A stretch of DNA of 38,129 nt from IMG/VR virus record IMGVR_UViG_2627854098_000005. The stretch is one strand, 5' to 3'. Origin of the DNA: a virus. Lineage: Duplodnaviria > Heunggongvirae > Uroviricota > Caudoviricetes. Both the position numbers and the translations under genes were made by a program. Of this stretch, positions 28,914 through 38,129 are shown in pieces; the stretch's first letter is position 1; each line of letters begins with the position of its first letter. The notes beneath the pieces were generated by a model. That model was not told the DNA's origin. It saw only the letters and a program-made list of their open reading frames with translations, and made no database searches.

Positions 28914-29654
28914 ATGACTGTGCACAAGCTCTCTGGTGCGTTTTTCCACGATATGCAGGTTGAGTGGCCCTGCCCTAACTGCAATCAGAAAACCCTACAG
29001 ATCATTAAAGAAAGTTTCGTCTCGTATGACACACATGATACCCGAAAATTCCGCAGTGAAGATTGGTTTGAACTAGAAATGGATTCATCTATTTTCAGTT
29101 GCATGGCCCGCTGTTCAAGAATGCAATGTGGTGAAGTTGTGGCCTGTACTGGTAAGAGTGGATGGGAACAAGGTTGGGATGAAGAAAGAAATGATATTGA
29201 GTACTATCAATGGCACAGACCTTTCACCTTTTACCCATCACTGCATCCTTTCGAAATACCTGAAAAATGCCCAGAAGAAATTACCGAACCGCTTGAAGCC
29301 TCATTTTCCATTTTCCTAATACAGCCTGGCGCAGCAGCAAACCTAATTCGAATTTCAGTTGAAAGAATGCTAACCGCTATGGATGTAGCTGAACGTAATG
29401 ATAATGGCAAACGCATAACTCTACACCACCGTTTAGGGATGCTACCTGAATTATACGGATCGTTTTCAAGACCTCTTATGGCAATTAAATTTTTAGGAAA
29501 TGCCGGAAGCCATACCTACGATGAAGTAAAAGTCAAAGACATTGAGGATGCTTTTGAGATTATGGAGTACGTCGTCAATGACTTGTTCTCCGGTCGCAAA
29601 GAATCTGTCGAAGTATTGACGAAACGATTAAGTGAAAAATTCAAAGAAAACTGA
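28914..29654 (+). CDS. zinc-ribbon protein with uncharacterised C-terminal domain, cargo gene
   Basis: N-terminal CPNC ... CMARC/CSRMQC cysteine pairs; C-terminal region with LGNAGSH motif; AT-rich. Confidence 0.6.
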   Translation: MTVHKLSGAFFHDMQVEWPCPNCNQKTLQIIKESFVSYDTHDTRKFRSEDWFELEMDSSIFSCMARCSRMQCGEVVACTGKSGWEQGWDEERNDIEYYQWHRPFTFYPSLHPFEIPEKCPEEITEPLEASFSIFLIQPGAAANLIRISVERMLTAMDVAERNDNGKRITLHHRLGMLPELYGSFSRPLMAIKFLGNAGSHTYDEVKVKDIEDAFEIMEYVVNDLFSGRKESVEVLTKRLSEKFKEN

Positions 29655-29782
29655 TCAAGATACAGGTGGTTCACTTTTACGGGCAAAATAACCGCTTTAC
29701 TTTTGAACCACCTAACACCTCGCTACAATCGTTGTTCAGCCTTGCAGATGGTAAAAGCTAGTTTTATCATCCGCAACGTTCT

Positions 29783-30016
29783 CTAATGCAGCCAGCTGTC
29801 GTCTTCCCACACCTTCTGCATAATTTTCATCACTTGTTTTCTTTCTTCGTCCAGTTGCAGTCCGGTCAGTTCCACACCGTTAGAGCTACCTTTGCGGATA
29901 CGAATTACCGTTTTTGGATACAGGGGGCGCAGATTGCGGTAAAGCTCGGATTCAAGGGCGTCCAGGATAGACTGGCTAATCTTCTGCTCTTTATCGATCA
30001 TTATTTCAATGCGCAT
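29783..30016 (-). CDS. DinI-family protein (SOS-induced RecA modulator family)
   Basis: 77-aa product MRIEIMIDKEQ...WEDDSWLH resembling E. coli DinI; start at the ATG at 30016, preceded by GAGGTGA. Confidence 0.7.
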   Translation of the reverse strand: MRIEIMIDKEQKISQSILDALESELYRNLRPLYPKTVIRIRKGSSNGVELTGLQLDEERKQVMKIMQKVWEDDSWLH

Positions 30017-30026
30017 AAAAGTCACC

Positions 30027-30215
30027 TCAACTGATGACATCCATTGAGCGGTTGTATTCGTGGGTTCTGATTTTTGCCATGAGTTCATCTGTTAGTTCAG
30101 AAACCCACTGCAAAGCCAGCCCCTTCTCTTCATCACTACACTCACTAGCCGCTACAAGCTTAAGAAAAAAATCAATGCGCTGGAGCTTCAAAGACTCCAA
30201 AAAATAGTCCTGCAT
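30027..30215 (-). CDS. small hypothetical protein, first gene of the LexA-box operon
   Basis: 62-aa ORF ending 10 nt before the DinI-like start; LexA box about 40 nt upstream. Confidence 0.5.
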   Translation of the reverse strand: MQDYFLESLKLQRIDFFLKLVAASECSDEEKGLALQWVSELTDELMAKIRTHEYNRSMDVIS

Positions 30216-30256
30216 TTTTCCTCCTATGACACCACAAGCAATACTGTATACATAAC

Positions 30257-30276
30257 CACTGTTTATATTTACAGTA
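30257..30276. promoter_or_regulatory. LexA operator (SOS box)
   Basis: cACTGTttatatttACAGta, a perfect CTGT-N8-ACAG dyad with AT-rich spacer. Confidence 0.7.
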
Positions 30277-30367
30277 TATAATAATCTTACTGATGTAAAA
30301 CGTTTTTTACGTTCATCAGCCTGATATGCCTGGTATTATTAAGAGCACGAATTGTTAATCAGCGTAA

Positions 30368-32782
30368 TTAATACATGTTCCGCCATTTATCATCCTCCTG
30401 CAGACGCTGGTTCCGATAGAAGATACGCAGGCCTGCTCCTGACGGAATACTGCCACCGCGAAGGAGCAACTCGACCTCTTTCTCGCTGCCATCAAATCCT
30501 CTGGACTTCAATTCATAGACAAGCTGCTGTCGCTGATGGTCTGTAATTCGCTGTTTGTAGTCTTTACGCCGTTTCGGTTTCACCAGGCGTAACCTTGCTG
30601 CCAGTTCCCGGCGATCTTTTTTGCTCATACTGTGCAGGTAATCGTGCAACTCCTTGTCATTCATACGGGTAATATCCGTTCTGGAGTCCCCATCAGCTGA
30701 TTTGTCTTTCCCTTGTTGGTTCAAATTTTCAGCAAGGGGACAGTTATTGCCACGAGTCCAAGGGGCGCAAGTGCCCTGGTCGGCTGCCGCCTCCTGAACG
30801 TCAACGGCCTTACGAACCATTTTCCACTTCACTGCATGAGTGCAGATCTTGCCCTCTGCAATGGGTGACCAGATGCCATAAATACGAATACCGTGATCGC
30901 CATAGGCGGTTGGCTCTTCGTTGATTTCATAAGCGGTTCTGATGAGGTGATATTTGCGGGGAACCAGTACGCCGCCCTGCTTCATGATGTAGGTGGCAAA
31001 ACAACCAGCATCAGCAGCAGCCAGGATGGCATCAAGGCGCGGGTTATCCAGTACCGGCGCACCTGCTTTTTTGTCACCCTGTTGCCTTGCCGCCTGACCA
31101 GCCAGCAATCGCAGTTCACGGTAAGCCTGACGCCCCGGAATGCCAAAGAAGCGGAATTGCTGAACACGATGCAGAGACGCCCAGGCATTAACGTATTCAG
31201 CGTTATCACGCAGGGATTTACCCGTTTCCTTACTGATCTCGCCAGCCAGACCACGCCCGTCAATATTCTTACTGATATATTTCGCAATGTAGCTTGTCGG
31301 CGTTCCTTTGCGCGGGTTTATCAGCTCAGACTTAAAGCGTGGCCCCGTGTTATTGCCCAGCTCCTCGCGGTCTTCACGGATGGCAAACTTACGCAACAAT
31401 GCAGTAATGGCGCGGCGCTCTTTTTTGCGCATGAAACACAACAGGTGCCAGTGAACTGTGCCGTCATGATGCGGCTCAGCCACCCGCACGCCATACCAGC
31501 GCAACCCGGCTTTGTGCATAGCCTTACGAAATGCAGCAAACATGCCGACCAGATAATCGCTGCTTTGTCTTACTGTCGCGTTGGTCCAGGTCGGGTTTGG
31601 CCTGCCGTTATTTAGCGTGGAATGGAAACGTGACGGACAGGTGATGGTGTAGAAAACGGCGCAGTCACCACGCATTTCCGCGATAAGCTCCAGGCCTTTA
31701 ACACAGGCCATCATCTCATTGCGGCGATGCGCCGGGTTGCTGCTGCTGGCGTTTACCACATCCTCCATGTTCAGCGTGTCGCCGTCTTCGTTCACCAGTT
31801 CATGAGAACGGAAAAACTCCAGCGACTTACGGCGCTGCTCACGTTTATGCATCACGGCTTCATAGCTGACATAGGGAGATGCTTTTTTGCTGACCAGGCT
31901 GACAGCACGCAACTGCTCTTCCCGCAATTCGCAACGCATCTTCCATAATTTCCGATACCACCAGTCGGCGCACAGCATACGCGCCAGCGAACCCGGAATG
32001 AGTTCATAGGGCACAGGTTTGCGGCGGTTTCTTTTCCGGCGGAGTTGCTCAAACGCAGGCGGTATGACATCCAGTCGCAGGGTTTCTGCAGCCACCTTTT
32101 CCCATGTCTTGCGGATTTCTTCTGGCTTAACATCATCGGAGGCGTACAAATCACCACAAGCGGCATCAAGACACATGCTCATATGCGCAGCGACAAGGGT
32201 AGACAGGCGTTTCACCTGATCCTGACTCATTTCAGGCAGGATCAGCAGACCGTCCAGCCCTTCATGGCTTGCCATAAAACGAAAAGATGCAGATAGCTGG
32301 CTGTCGCGTACATGCTCCAGTCGTTCCAGACATGGCTTAATCGTCTCACGCAAATAGCGGGAATAAGCCTTTGGCCTGCCCAGGCTGCTGAAATATTCAA
32401 TACGTTGCATCAGCGGCTTGCTGATATGGGAAGGCTGGGCGTTGACGTCGGCCAGAATGACCATGTCCGGATTAAAACGCTGCTGCTCATGCGCCATCTT
32501 TGCCCGGCTAATGAGCTTATCCTGCTCCATTTCGCGTTGGACAGGATCACGGGATTCATTAAAGAAATAACGCTCCCAGACCTGATCACTCAGTGCCTCG
32601 CGGCGCAGTTGTTCCTGCTCGTTATCAGTAGCGTACAGAGTGATCAGGTTTGAAAGCGCAGAAACCGGCGCAACTTCCGCCGGGTCCAGATAAGGGTTAA
32701 TGGCCTTTTTCGGGCTGTTCCATGAGAATGCTGCGGCGACCTCGTTAAAGCCGCTGCAGTTGTTCATATCAGCATGGCTCAT
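30368..32782 (-). CDS. A: replication initiation endonuclease A (rolling-circle)
   Basis: 804-aa product at the P2 gpA / 186 A position. Confidence 0.85.
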   Translation of the reverse strand: MSHADMNNCSGFNEVAAAFSWNSPKKAINPYLDPAEVAPVSALSNLITLYATDNEQEQLRREALSDQVWERYFFNESRDPVQREMEQDKLISRAKMAHEQQRFNPDMVILADVNAQPSHISKPLMQRIEYFSSLGRPKAYSRYLRETIKPCLERLEHVRDSQLSASFRFMASHEGLDGLLILPEMSQDQVKRLSTLVAAHMSMCLDAACGDLYASDDVKPEEIRKTWEKVAAETLRLDVIPPAFEQLRRKRNRRKPVPYELIPGSLARMLCADWWYRKLWKMRCELREEQLRAVSLVSKKASPYVSYEAVMHKREQRRKSLEFFRSHELVNEDGDTLNMEDVVNASSSNPAHRRNEMMACVKGLELIAEMRGDCAVFYTITCPSRFHSTLNNGRPNPTWTNATVRQSSDYLVGMFAAFRKAMHKAGLRWYGVRVAEPHHDGTVHWHLLCFMRKKERRAITALLRKFAIREDREELGNNTGPRFKSELINPRKGTPTSYIAKYISKNIDGRGLAGEISKETGKSLRDNAEYVNAWASLHRVQQFRFFGIPGRQAYRELRLLAGQAARQQGDKKAGAPVLDNPRLDAILAAADAGCFATYIMKQGGVLVPRKYHLIRTAYEINEEPTAYGDHGIRIYGIWSPIAEGKICTHAVKWKMVRKAVDVQEAAADQGTCAPWTRGNNCPLAENLNQQGKDKSADGDSRTDITRMNDKELHDYLHSMSKKDRRELAARLRLVKPKRRKDYKQRITDHQRQQLVYELKSRGFDGSEKEVELLLRGGSIPSGAGLRIFYRNQRLQEDDKWRNMY

Positions 32783-33636
32783 GCACGCACTCCGTACACG
32801 GCAGAACTATCCACGCCACGCGAAGGATCAAATCCCACCCAGCAGCGCGGCCCGGAAACAGCGATGATTTCTGTTGCAGATTTACTCTCACCAGCTGCTA
32901 CACCGATGCTGCGTTTTGTCTTGATGTAGTGGTGAGTAAAATTGCGATACAGCGAACGGATCAGGGATGTATCACTGTTAGAAACAATGACCGGATGTCC
33001 TTCTGATGACCGATGTTCAAGAACGGATGCCAGGTGATACTGGTCATCTTCAGTGAAACCATCAGTGTGATAGCCGGAAAACGTACCGTCATACGGCGGA
33101 TCGCAATACACCACATCCCCCACCTGCAGCATCGCCAGCGTTTCATCAAAGCTTGCGCAGATAAACGTTGCACGCTGGGCTTTCTCTGCAAATGCGCGAA
33201 TTTCTTTTTCAGGGAAATACGGATTTTTATAATTACCGTATGGAATGTTGAAATGCCCGCTCTTGTTATAGCGACATAATCCACGGTAACCATGACGATT
33301 GAGATACAGGAAATATACCGCTTTCATGAAATCAGTAATTTCAGTGGAGTAATTAAACTCCTGCCTTATGTTGTAATAAGCCACCTCCCTGTTTGCGATC
33401 TCAAATAAAACTCTGCCGCGAGATATAAACGATTCACAATCAGCGGCAACCTTTTTATAGAGGTTGATTAAATCAGGATTAATATCCGCAACCAGATAGC
33501 TGGGGTAATCCGTCTCCATCATCACAGCACAGGAACCCGCGAAAGGTTCAACCAGTCGCGGGCCAGCAGGAAGGTGTTTTTTCAGTTCGGACATAATGGC
33601 GGTTTTATTTCCCGCCCATTTCAGGATGGTGCTCAT
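32779..33636 (-). CDS. dam: DNA adenine methyltransferase (Dam-like, N6-adenine)
   Basis: ILKWAGNK near the N-terminus, AdoMet motif EPFAGSCAV and catalytic DPPY; start at the ATG at 33636, preceded by GGAGGTG. Confidence 0.8.
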   Translation of the reverse strand: MSTILKWAGNKTAIMSELKKHLPAGPRLVEPFAGSCAVMMETDYPSYLVADINPDLINLYKKVAADCESFISRGRVLFEIANREVAYYNIRQEFNYSTEITDFMKAVYFLYLNRHGYRGLCRYNKSGHFNIPYGNYKNPYFPEKEIRAFAEKAQRATFICASFDETLAMLQVGDVVYCDPPYDGTFSGYHTDGFTEDDQYHLASVLEHRSSEGHPVIVSNSDTSLIRSLYRNFTHHYIKTKRSIGVAAGESKSATEIIAVSGPRCWVGFDPSRGVDSSAVYGVRA

Positions 33637-33860
33637 ACAGCACCTCCGTTGTAATGTTTGCCTTTCAGCTCTGCGATTTCCTGACAGGTAATGCAAAGCT
33701 GCACACCTGGAATGGCGCGGCGGCGTGCTGGCGGAATTGGCGCTTCACACTCAATGCAAAGCACGCGGGACACGCCCGGCGTTTTGGCACGGGCAGCACG
33801 GATATGGCGCTGGCGTTCTTCTTCAACGCGCTGCTGTACGAGATCCATTGCATCAGCCAT
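33633..33860 (-). CDS. DksA/TraR-family C4 zinc-finger protein
   Basis: CIECEAPIP...CITCQ four-cysteine motif; 75 aa; its stop overlaps the dam start. Confidence 0.7.
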   Translation of the reverse strand: MADAMDLVQQRVEEERQRHIRAARAKTPGVSRVLCIECEAPIPPARRRAIPGVQLCITCQEIAELKGKHYNGGAV

Positions 33861-34099
33861 TAGTGGATCTCCTGCGCTTCGTTCTGGATTGCTTCAGCAG
33901 TTACACGCAGTAGTTCTGCTGCTTCGACGTGGTTTAGCTGGCGGGATGTGATATGACACGCCAGGCTATCAAGGCGAGCTGCCATTGCTTCAGCCCTTGC
34001 CCGGCGTTCTTCCAGACGAGCCTCTGTCAGTAAAATATTAAGCCCAGCATCATCCGGTCCGGTTTTAGTCGTGAGGGTTTCAATATTACGCATAATCAA
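33860..34099 (-). CDS. hypothetical early-region protein
   Basis: 79-aa ORF in operon context; no recognisable motif. Confidence 0.45.
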   Translation of the reverse strand: MIMRNIETLTTKTGPDDAGLNILLTEARLEERRARAEAMAARLDSLACHITSRQLNHVEAAELLRVTAEAIQNEAQEIH

Positions 34100-34160
34100 T
34101 TCTCCTGAATTTAGATAAAGGGATACCCGGCGGGTTTACGCCATTAATTTCATTAGTTGG

Positions 34161-34502
34161 TTAATTCGGCATGGTTAGCCGTCTGGGAAATAAGCTCACC
34201 ACTGCACGAAAATGATTCATTGCTTTAATCAACTCCCGCTTTTCGTCAGTGGTCAGCTCATTAATGCTGATGCTATGACGTTCAGCTGGAATTTTTGCCA
34301 TAAAGAATATAGCAGCCAGTGCCCGTTTATTTTGTTCGTTATTGATATCCCGTGGATCACGCATATCTTTAATAAACCGCTCAAGCTCTGACTCAATATT
34401 CAGGCCAAATACTTTCGCCCTTAACTCCGCAATGTGATTAAGTCCATTCAGGCGTTCACCGGGGCTTAATGGAACAGTCGCCGCAGCGCTTTCAATAGCC
34501 AT
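34161..34502 (-). CDS. hypothetical early-region protein
   Basis: 113-aa ORF; no recognisable motif. Confidence 0.45.
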   Translation of the reverse strand: MAIESAAATVPLSPGERLNGLNHIAELRAKVFGLNIESELERFIKDMRDPRDINNEQNKRALAAIFFMAKIPAERHSISINELTTDEKRELIKAMNHFRAVVSLFPRRLTMPN

Positions 34503-34584
34503 TTATGCATCCCCACAACACATCTACTAAAAAATTTTTGATATGATCCATTACCAACATATTGATAGCTAGAAGGAATCATCA

Positions 34585-34833
34585 ATGTTGAACCCGGTTG
34601 AAAGAGAGCGTATAGAGCAACTTGAAAACGAGATCTCCAGTCTTCGCGATGAGGTTGCTGTTCAACGAATTCTTGTTTCAGGTCTGATCCACTCCTTATT
34701 TCGAACTGACTCAGCAAATCAATCAGCATTTTTTGAGCTCCTCCGCGAAGAATTAAACAAACTTCCTTTAGGTTCGGTTAAACAACAAGAATTCACTCAT
34801 CTGATACAGACACTGATAGATCGTTACCGATAA
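34585..34833 (+). CDS. hypothetical coiled-coil protein
   Basis: 82-aa ORF with an AAGGAA ribosome-binding site 7 nt upstream; preferred over the overlapping antisense ORF 34466..34729. Confidence 0.4.
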   Translation: MLNPVERERIEQLENEISSLRDEVAVQRILVSGLIHSLFRTDSANQSAFFELLREELNKLPLGSVKQQEFTHLIQTLIDRYR

Positions 34834-35048
34834 ATATTTCGCCGATAACGTTCAAGAGGTGATGTCTTTATACGCATCACTTCTTGTACTTTTTCACCAC
34901 GTATAAAGGTTCCATCCTTTAGCGTGAAAAAGTAGCTACCATCGCCCGACAACGACGGATAGCAACTGAGCAAATCATCTTCAGGTACTGAATAATTCTC
35001 CCCTCTGTAACGAAAGTGATAAACCACTTCATTTTCTGCCGCATACAT
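34824..35048 (-). CDS. hypothetical protein downstream of cII
   Basis: 74-aa ORF with a GGAGAAA ribosome-binding site; competes with the overlapping frame 34919..35245. Confidence 0.35.
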   Translation of the reverse strand: MYAAENEVVYHFRYRGENYSVPEDDLLSCYPSLSGDGSYFFTLKDGTFIRGEKVQEVMRIKTSPLERYRRNIYR

Positions 35049-35222
35049 TTGGACTTTCTCCGTTTCCTCGTGGTCAATTCAGACAGCAATTCATCTTGTG
35101 AACGGCACGGATGCCAGCGTTTACCATCCTCACCCATGATCCAGCCGTGACCGTAGTGCATTGCCGGGCTTTGTTTTACCAGCAGCGATGCAAATGATGG
35201 TTCTTTCGTCAGCATAAGCACC

Positions 35223-35738
35223 TCACAGCAAACCGAATGAAGCACCGAGGCCAGTCACGGTATCAACCGCACTCGCCATCGCAGGATTAGCCTGTAAACG
35301 GGCCTGCAATGAAACAGCAGCCAGCGCCATCAGTCGTGTAACAGAGTTAATGCTGCTGATCGCATCACGACGGCCTGCACTGGTTTTTACATCGCCAGAA
35401 ACCGCACCTGCCGCGACACGCCCTATCTCTGCAGTTGCACTCATGACGTAATGTGGCAGTTTCTCTTTTGCCACCTCATTAATCGGTACACATGGCAGAC
35501 AATGAATTTGTGCCAGAAAACCATCTACCAGCGTTGAATCTTCAGTCAGATCGGTAAGCAGCCAGATTTCTGGTGCGGTTAATAGATGAGGCTGAGCTGG
35601 GTTCAGCTTGTTCCGCAGAATCTGCACATTCATGCCTGCACGTTCTGCCAGTTGCACCAGATTGTGGCGCAGTGCAAATGCACGACAGGCTTCATCAAAA
35701 TGTGGATGTTTGGAAACTTGGTAATCAAACATGGTCAA
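35223..35738 (-). CDS. cII: CII-like regulatory protein (phage CP76/CII family)
   Basis: 171-aa product of 186 CII-like size at the position after apl. Confidence 0.65.
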   Translation of the reverse strand: MTMFDYQVSKHPHFDEACRAFALRHNLVQLAERAGMNVQILRNKLNPAQPHLLTAPEIWLLTDLTEDSTLVDGFLAQIHCLPCVPINEVAKEKLPHYVMSATAEIGRVAAGAVSGDVKTSAGRRDAISSINSVTRLMALAAVSLQARLQANPAMASAVDTVTGLGASFGLL

Positions 35739-35986
35739 TGCCTCTGATGTATTTCAGAATCGAACAAACTAAGGTTTAGATTGCATTCTGAAAGCGCATC
35801 AACGGTCATGGCTGCTATGTTGATCATCACTTTTTCGCGTTTTTTATCTTTGCGCAAACGGTGACGGATAAGGCGTCCGTCAGCCAACATGTCATTGATG
35901 GTATCGATGGACAGCCCTGTCAGCTCGCTATAGCGCTCAATAGTCACATGAGGCGTGGTAAGAGTGATTGAAATGTTAGGTCTCAT
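35735..35986 (-). CDS. apl: Apl/Cox-like excisionase and transcriptional regulator
   Basis: 83-aa ORF, first gene of the lytic operon and divergent from cI; assignment rests mainly on position. Confidence 0.55.
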   Translation of the reverse strand: MRPNISITLTTPHVTIERYSELTGLSIDTINDMLADGRLIRHRLRKDKKREKVMINIAAMTVDALSECNLNLSLFDSEIHQRH

Positions 35987-36105
35987 GATGCAACATTCCT
36001 CGTTTAATGATGATTAATCAGGACGAATACGGATCGTTTGTATTTTGTGAACACCATAAACATACGATCGCTCAATGAAATCGTCAAGATAAAAGTTCAC
36101 TTGGA
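35987..36105. promoter_or_regulatory. immunity switch region with lysogenic and lytic promoters/operators
   Basis: AT-rich spacer between divergent apl and cI. Confidence 0.5.
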
Positions 36106-36681
36106 GTGACCATGAATTTGGAGAAAGGCGGACGAGGCGCTATAGAGCGCATGGTAGAAGCTTATGGATTCAAAACTCGACAGGCGTTGTGCGATCATTT
36201 AGGAATCTCTAAAAGTACACTCGCCACACGCTACATGCGTGACTCATTCCCAGCAGAATGGGTAATCCAGTGCGCCCTTGAAACGGGCACCTCGCTTAAT
36301 TGGCTCACAACCGGACATGGTTCAAAGCAAACTTCAGGTAATACAAATACTATGGAAGTTGCTAAATATGTATTATCTGATGGTGCCTTGCGTGAAGACG
36401 GTTTTTATATTTTTGATAAGGGATTTCTACCCTCTACGTTTAAAAAACCTTTTGTCATCACAGATAACAATTCTGAATTTATTTGTGATAAAGAATTTGA
36501 TGATATACGTGATGGTAAATGGGTAATAAGTATTGATGGCGAAGTAACGATCCGTGACATTACTCGTTTACCCGGTGGAAGAATCTTCGTCGAGGGTGGA
36601 AACAGAGCCTTCGAATGTAAGATAGAAGACATTGAAATAATTGGTAAAATTATAAGTTTAACAGTCAAGTATGTTAAATAG
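36106..36681 (+). CDS. cI: CI immunity repressor, 186-type
   Basis: 191-aa product with ...AYGF...QCALETGTSLNWLTTGHG... resembling recalled 186 CI. Confidence 0.7.
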   Translation: MTMNLEKGGRGAIERMVEAYGFKTRQALCDHLGISKSTLATRYMRDSFPAEWVIQCALETGTSLNWLTTGHGSKQTSGNTNTMEVAKYVLSDGALREDGFYIFDKGFLPSTFKKPFVITDNNSEFICDKEFDDIRDGKWVISIDGEVTIRDITRLPGGRIFVEGGNRAFECKIEDIEIIGKIISLTVKYVK

Positions 36682-36696
36682 TACCGGGAGGAAACT

Positions 36697-36888
36697 ATGC
36701 TTGGTAAGGTATTTTTTGTGGTTTTGTCATGTTCTTTGTTATTAAACCCACTAACTACCTATGCTAGAAATTATCCCTGCTCAGGGAAAAAGGGAGGTGT
36801 TTCTCACTGTACCTCAGATGGCAAATTCGTTTGCAATGATGGAACTATTAGTAAATCCAAAAAAATCTGTACTAAAAACTCACGATAA
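36697..36888 (+). CDS. small secreted cysteine-rich protein, candidate lysogenic-conversion moron
   Basis: 63 aa with signal peptide [23 protein letters not shown] and mature part containing Cys residues and Lys-rich; GGGAGGA ribosome-binding site; between cI and int. Confidence 0.5.
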   Translation: MLGKVFFVVLSCSLLLNPLTTYARNYPCSGKKGGVSHCTSDGKFVCNDGTISKSKKICTKNSR

Positions 36889-37076
36889 CTTTTGCTTTTA
36901 TATCTGCGTCTAAAATAAAAATGAGCCGCAGGTTAACCGCAAAAGTTACATGCTCACATAGCAAAAAGAATAGCCAACTTCATTATGGCTTCAGTGAGAT
37001 GTATGGTCGTAGGATTTCATACATTGACACTGGTTATACATACAGTAAAAATGCTCTCTACTGGAGGGCATTTTTT

Positions 37077-38129
37077 ATGGCAGTACGAAAACTCACCACA
37101 GGGAAATGGCTTTGCGAATGTTACCCCGCCGGACGAAGTGGGCGTCGTGTGCGTAAACAATTCGCCACCAAAGGCGAAGCTCTGGCTTTTGAGCGTCACA
37201 CTATGGAAGAAACCGAATCAAAGCCATGGCTGGGCGCATCAGTGGATCGTCGAACCCTGAAAGACGTGGTTGAGCTATGGTTCAAACTACATGGTAAATC
37301 TCTGACTGCTGGGCAGCATGTCTATGACAAATTGCTGCTGATGGTTGACGCTCTGGGCAATCCTCTTGCAACCGATCTCACCTCTAAAATGTTTGCCCAC
37401 TATCGAGATAAACGCCTGACAGGCGAGATCTACTTCAGCGAGAAATGGAAGAAAGGAGCAAGCCCGGTCACCATTAACCTGGAGCAAAGCTATCTAAGTA
37501 GTGTTTTTAGCGAACTATCCCGTCTGGGCGAATGGTCGTATCCGAACCCACTGGAGAACATGCGAAAATTCACCATCGCAGAAAAAGAGATGGCATGGCT
37601 TACCCATGAGCAGATTGTTGAATTACTGGCTGATTGCAAACGTCAGGACCCAATTCTAGCACTGGTAGTTAAGATATGCTTAAGCACAGGCGCACGCTGG
37701 CGAGAAGCCGTAAATCTTACTCGTTCACAGGTGACCAAATACCGAATTACCTTTGTAAGAACGAAGGGGAAGAAAAACAGAAGCATCCCTATCAGTAAAG
37801 AGCTTTACGAAGAGATCATGGCGCTTGATGGGTTCAATTTCTTCACAGACTGCTATTTTCAATTTTTATCCGTGATGGAAAAAACGTCTATCGTGCTCCC
37901 TCGCGGCCAACTCACACACGTTCTGCGCCATACGTTTGCGGCGCACTTCATGATGTCGGGTGGAAACATTCTGGCCTTACAAAAAATTCTCGGACACCAC
38001 GATATAAAAATGACTATGCGTTACGCACATCTGGCACCGGATCATCTGGAAACAGCGCTCCGTTTCAATCCTCTGGCAACGCTGCCAAGTGGCGACAAAG
38101 TGGCGGCAGCGGTTGGCATTACCCCGTAA
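37077..38129 (+). CDS. int: tyrosine integrase (P2/186 family)
   Basis: Start at MAVRKLTTGKW... (ATG at 37077, GGAGGG ribosome-binding site); catalytic signatures ARWREA, HVLRHTF and RYAHL; stop codon is the last three bases of the window. Confidence 0.85.
   Translation: MAVRKLTTGKWLCECYPAGRSGRRVRKQFATKGEALAFERHTMEETESKPWLGASVDRRTLKDVVELWFKLHGKSLTAGQHVYDKLLLMVDALGNPLATDLTSKMFAHYRDKRLTGEIYFSEKWKKGASPVTINLEQSYLSSVFSELSRLGEWSYPNPLENMRKFTIAEKEMAWLTHEQIVELLADCKRQDPILALVVKICLSTGARWREAVNLTRSQVTKYRITFVRTKGKKNRSIPISKELYEEIMALDGFNFFTDCYFQFLSVMEKTSIVLPRGQLTHVLRHTFAAHFMMSGGNILALQKILGHHDIKMTMRYAHLAPDHLETALRFNPLATLPSGDKVAAAVGITP

Noticed and set aside
30242-30259. Second possible LexA half-site (CTGT at 30244..30247) just upstream of the SOS box
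   Set aside because: The right half does not match ACAG, so only one full box is called
30893-31615. 240-aa + strand ORF inside replication gene A
   Set aside because: Antisense shadow frame
34466-34729. 87-aa minus-strand ORF overlapping the + strand ORF 34585..34833
   Set aside because: No ribosome-binding site found; the + strand ORF has a good one, so this is treated as the shadow frame, at low confidence
1-38129. CRISPR arrays, tRNA/rRNA genes and IS-element transposases
   Set aside because: No regularly spaced direct repeats, no tRNA-like structure at the junctions and no transposase-like ORFs recognised by eye; a dedicated scan could still find a tRNA I missed

Overview
The window holds about 3.2 kb of E. 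coli-type chromosome (ybjC, grxA, ybjM, ybjL) followed by one almost complete P2/186-family temperate prophage running from about 3.3 kb to the window end, where the integrase stop codon sits. Prophage order is: ogr/B-like zinc-finger activator, tail genes D-U-T-E/E'-FII-FI, a Hin/Gin-family invertase with an invertible tail-fibre cassette, tail fibre H and baseplate I-J-W-V, lysis and head genes S through L, terminase/capsid M-N-O, divergent terminase P and portal Q, then replication gene A, a Dam methylase, a 186-like CII/Apl/CI immunity region and int. Three AT-rich cargo loci interrupt this backbone and are the main points of interest: (1) a KAP-family P-loop NTPase gene (PifA-like) between V and S, (2) a P-loop ATPase and a zinc-ribbon protein flanking a cos-like sequence between portal Q and gene A, next to a LexA-box-controlled DinI-like operon, and (3) a small secreted cysteine-rich ORF between cI and int. 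All calls come from reading the sequence and recalling protein families; no database search was run. No tRNA, CRISPR array or IS element was recognised.
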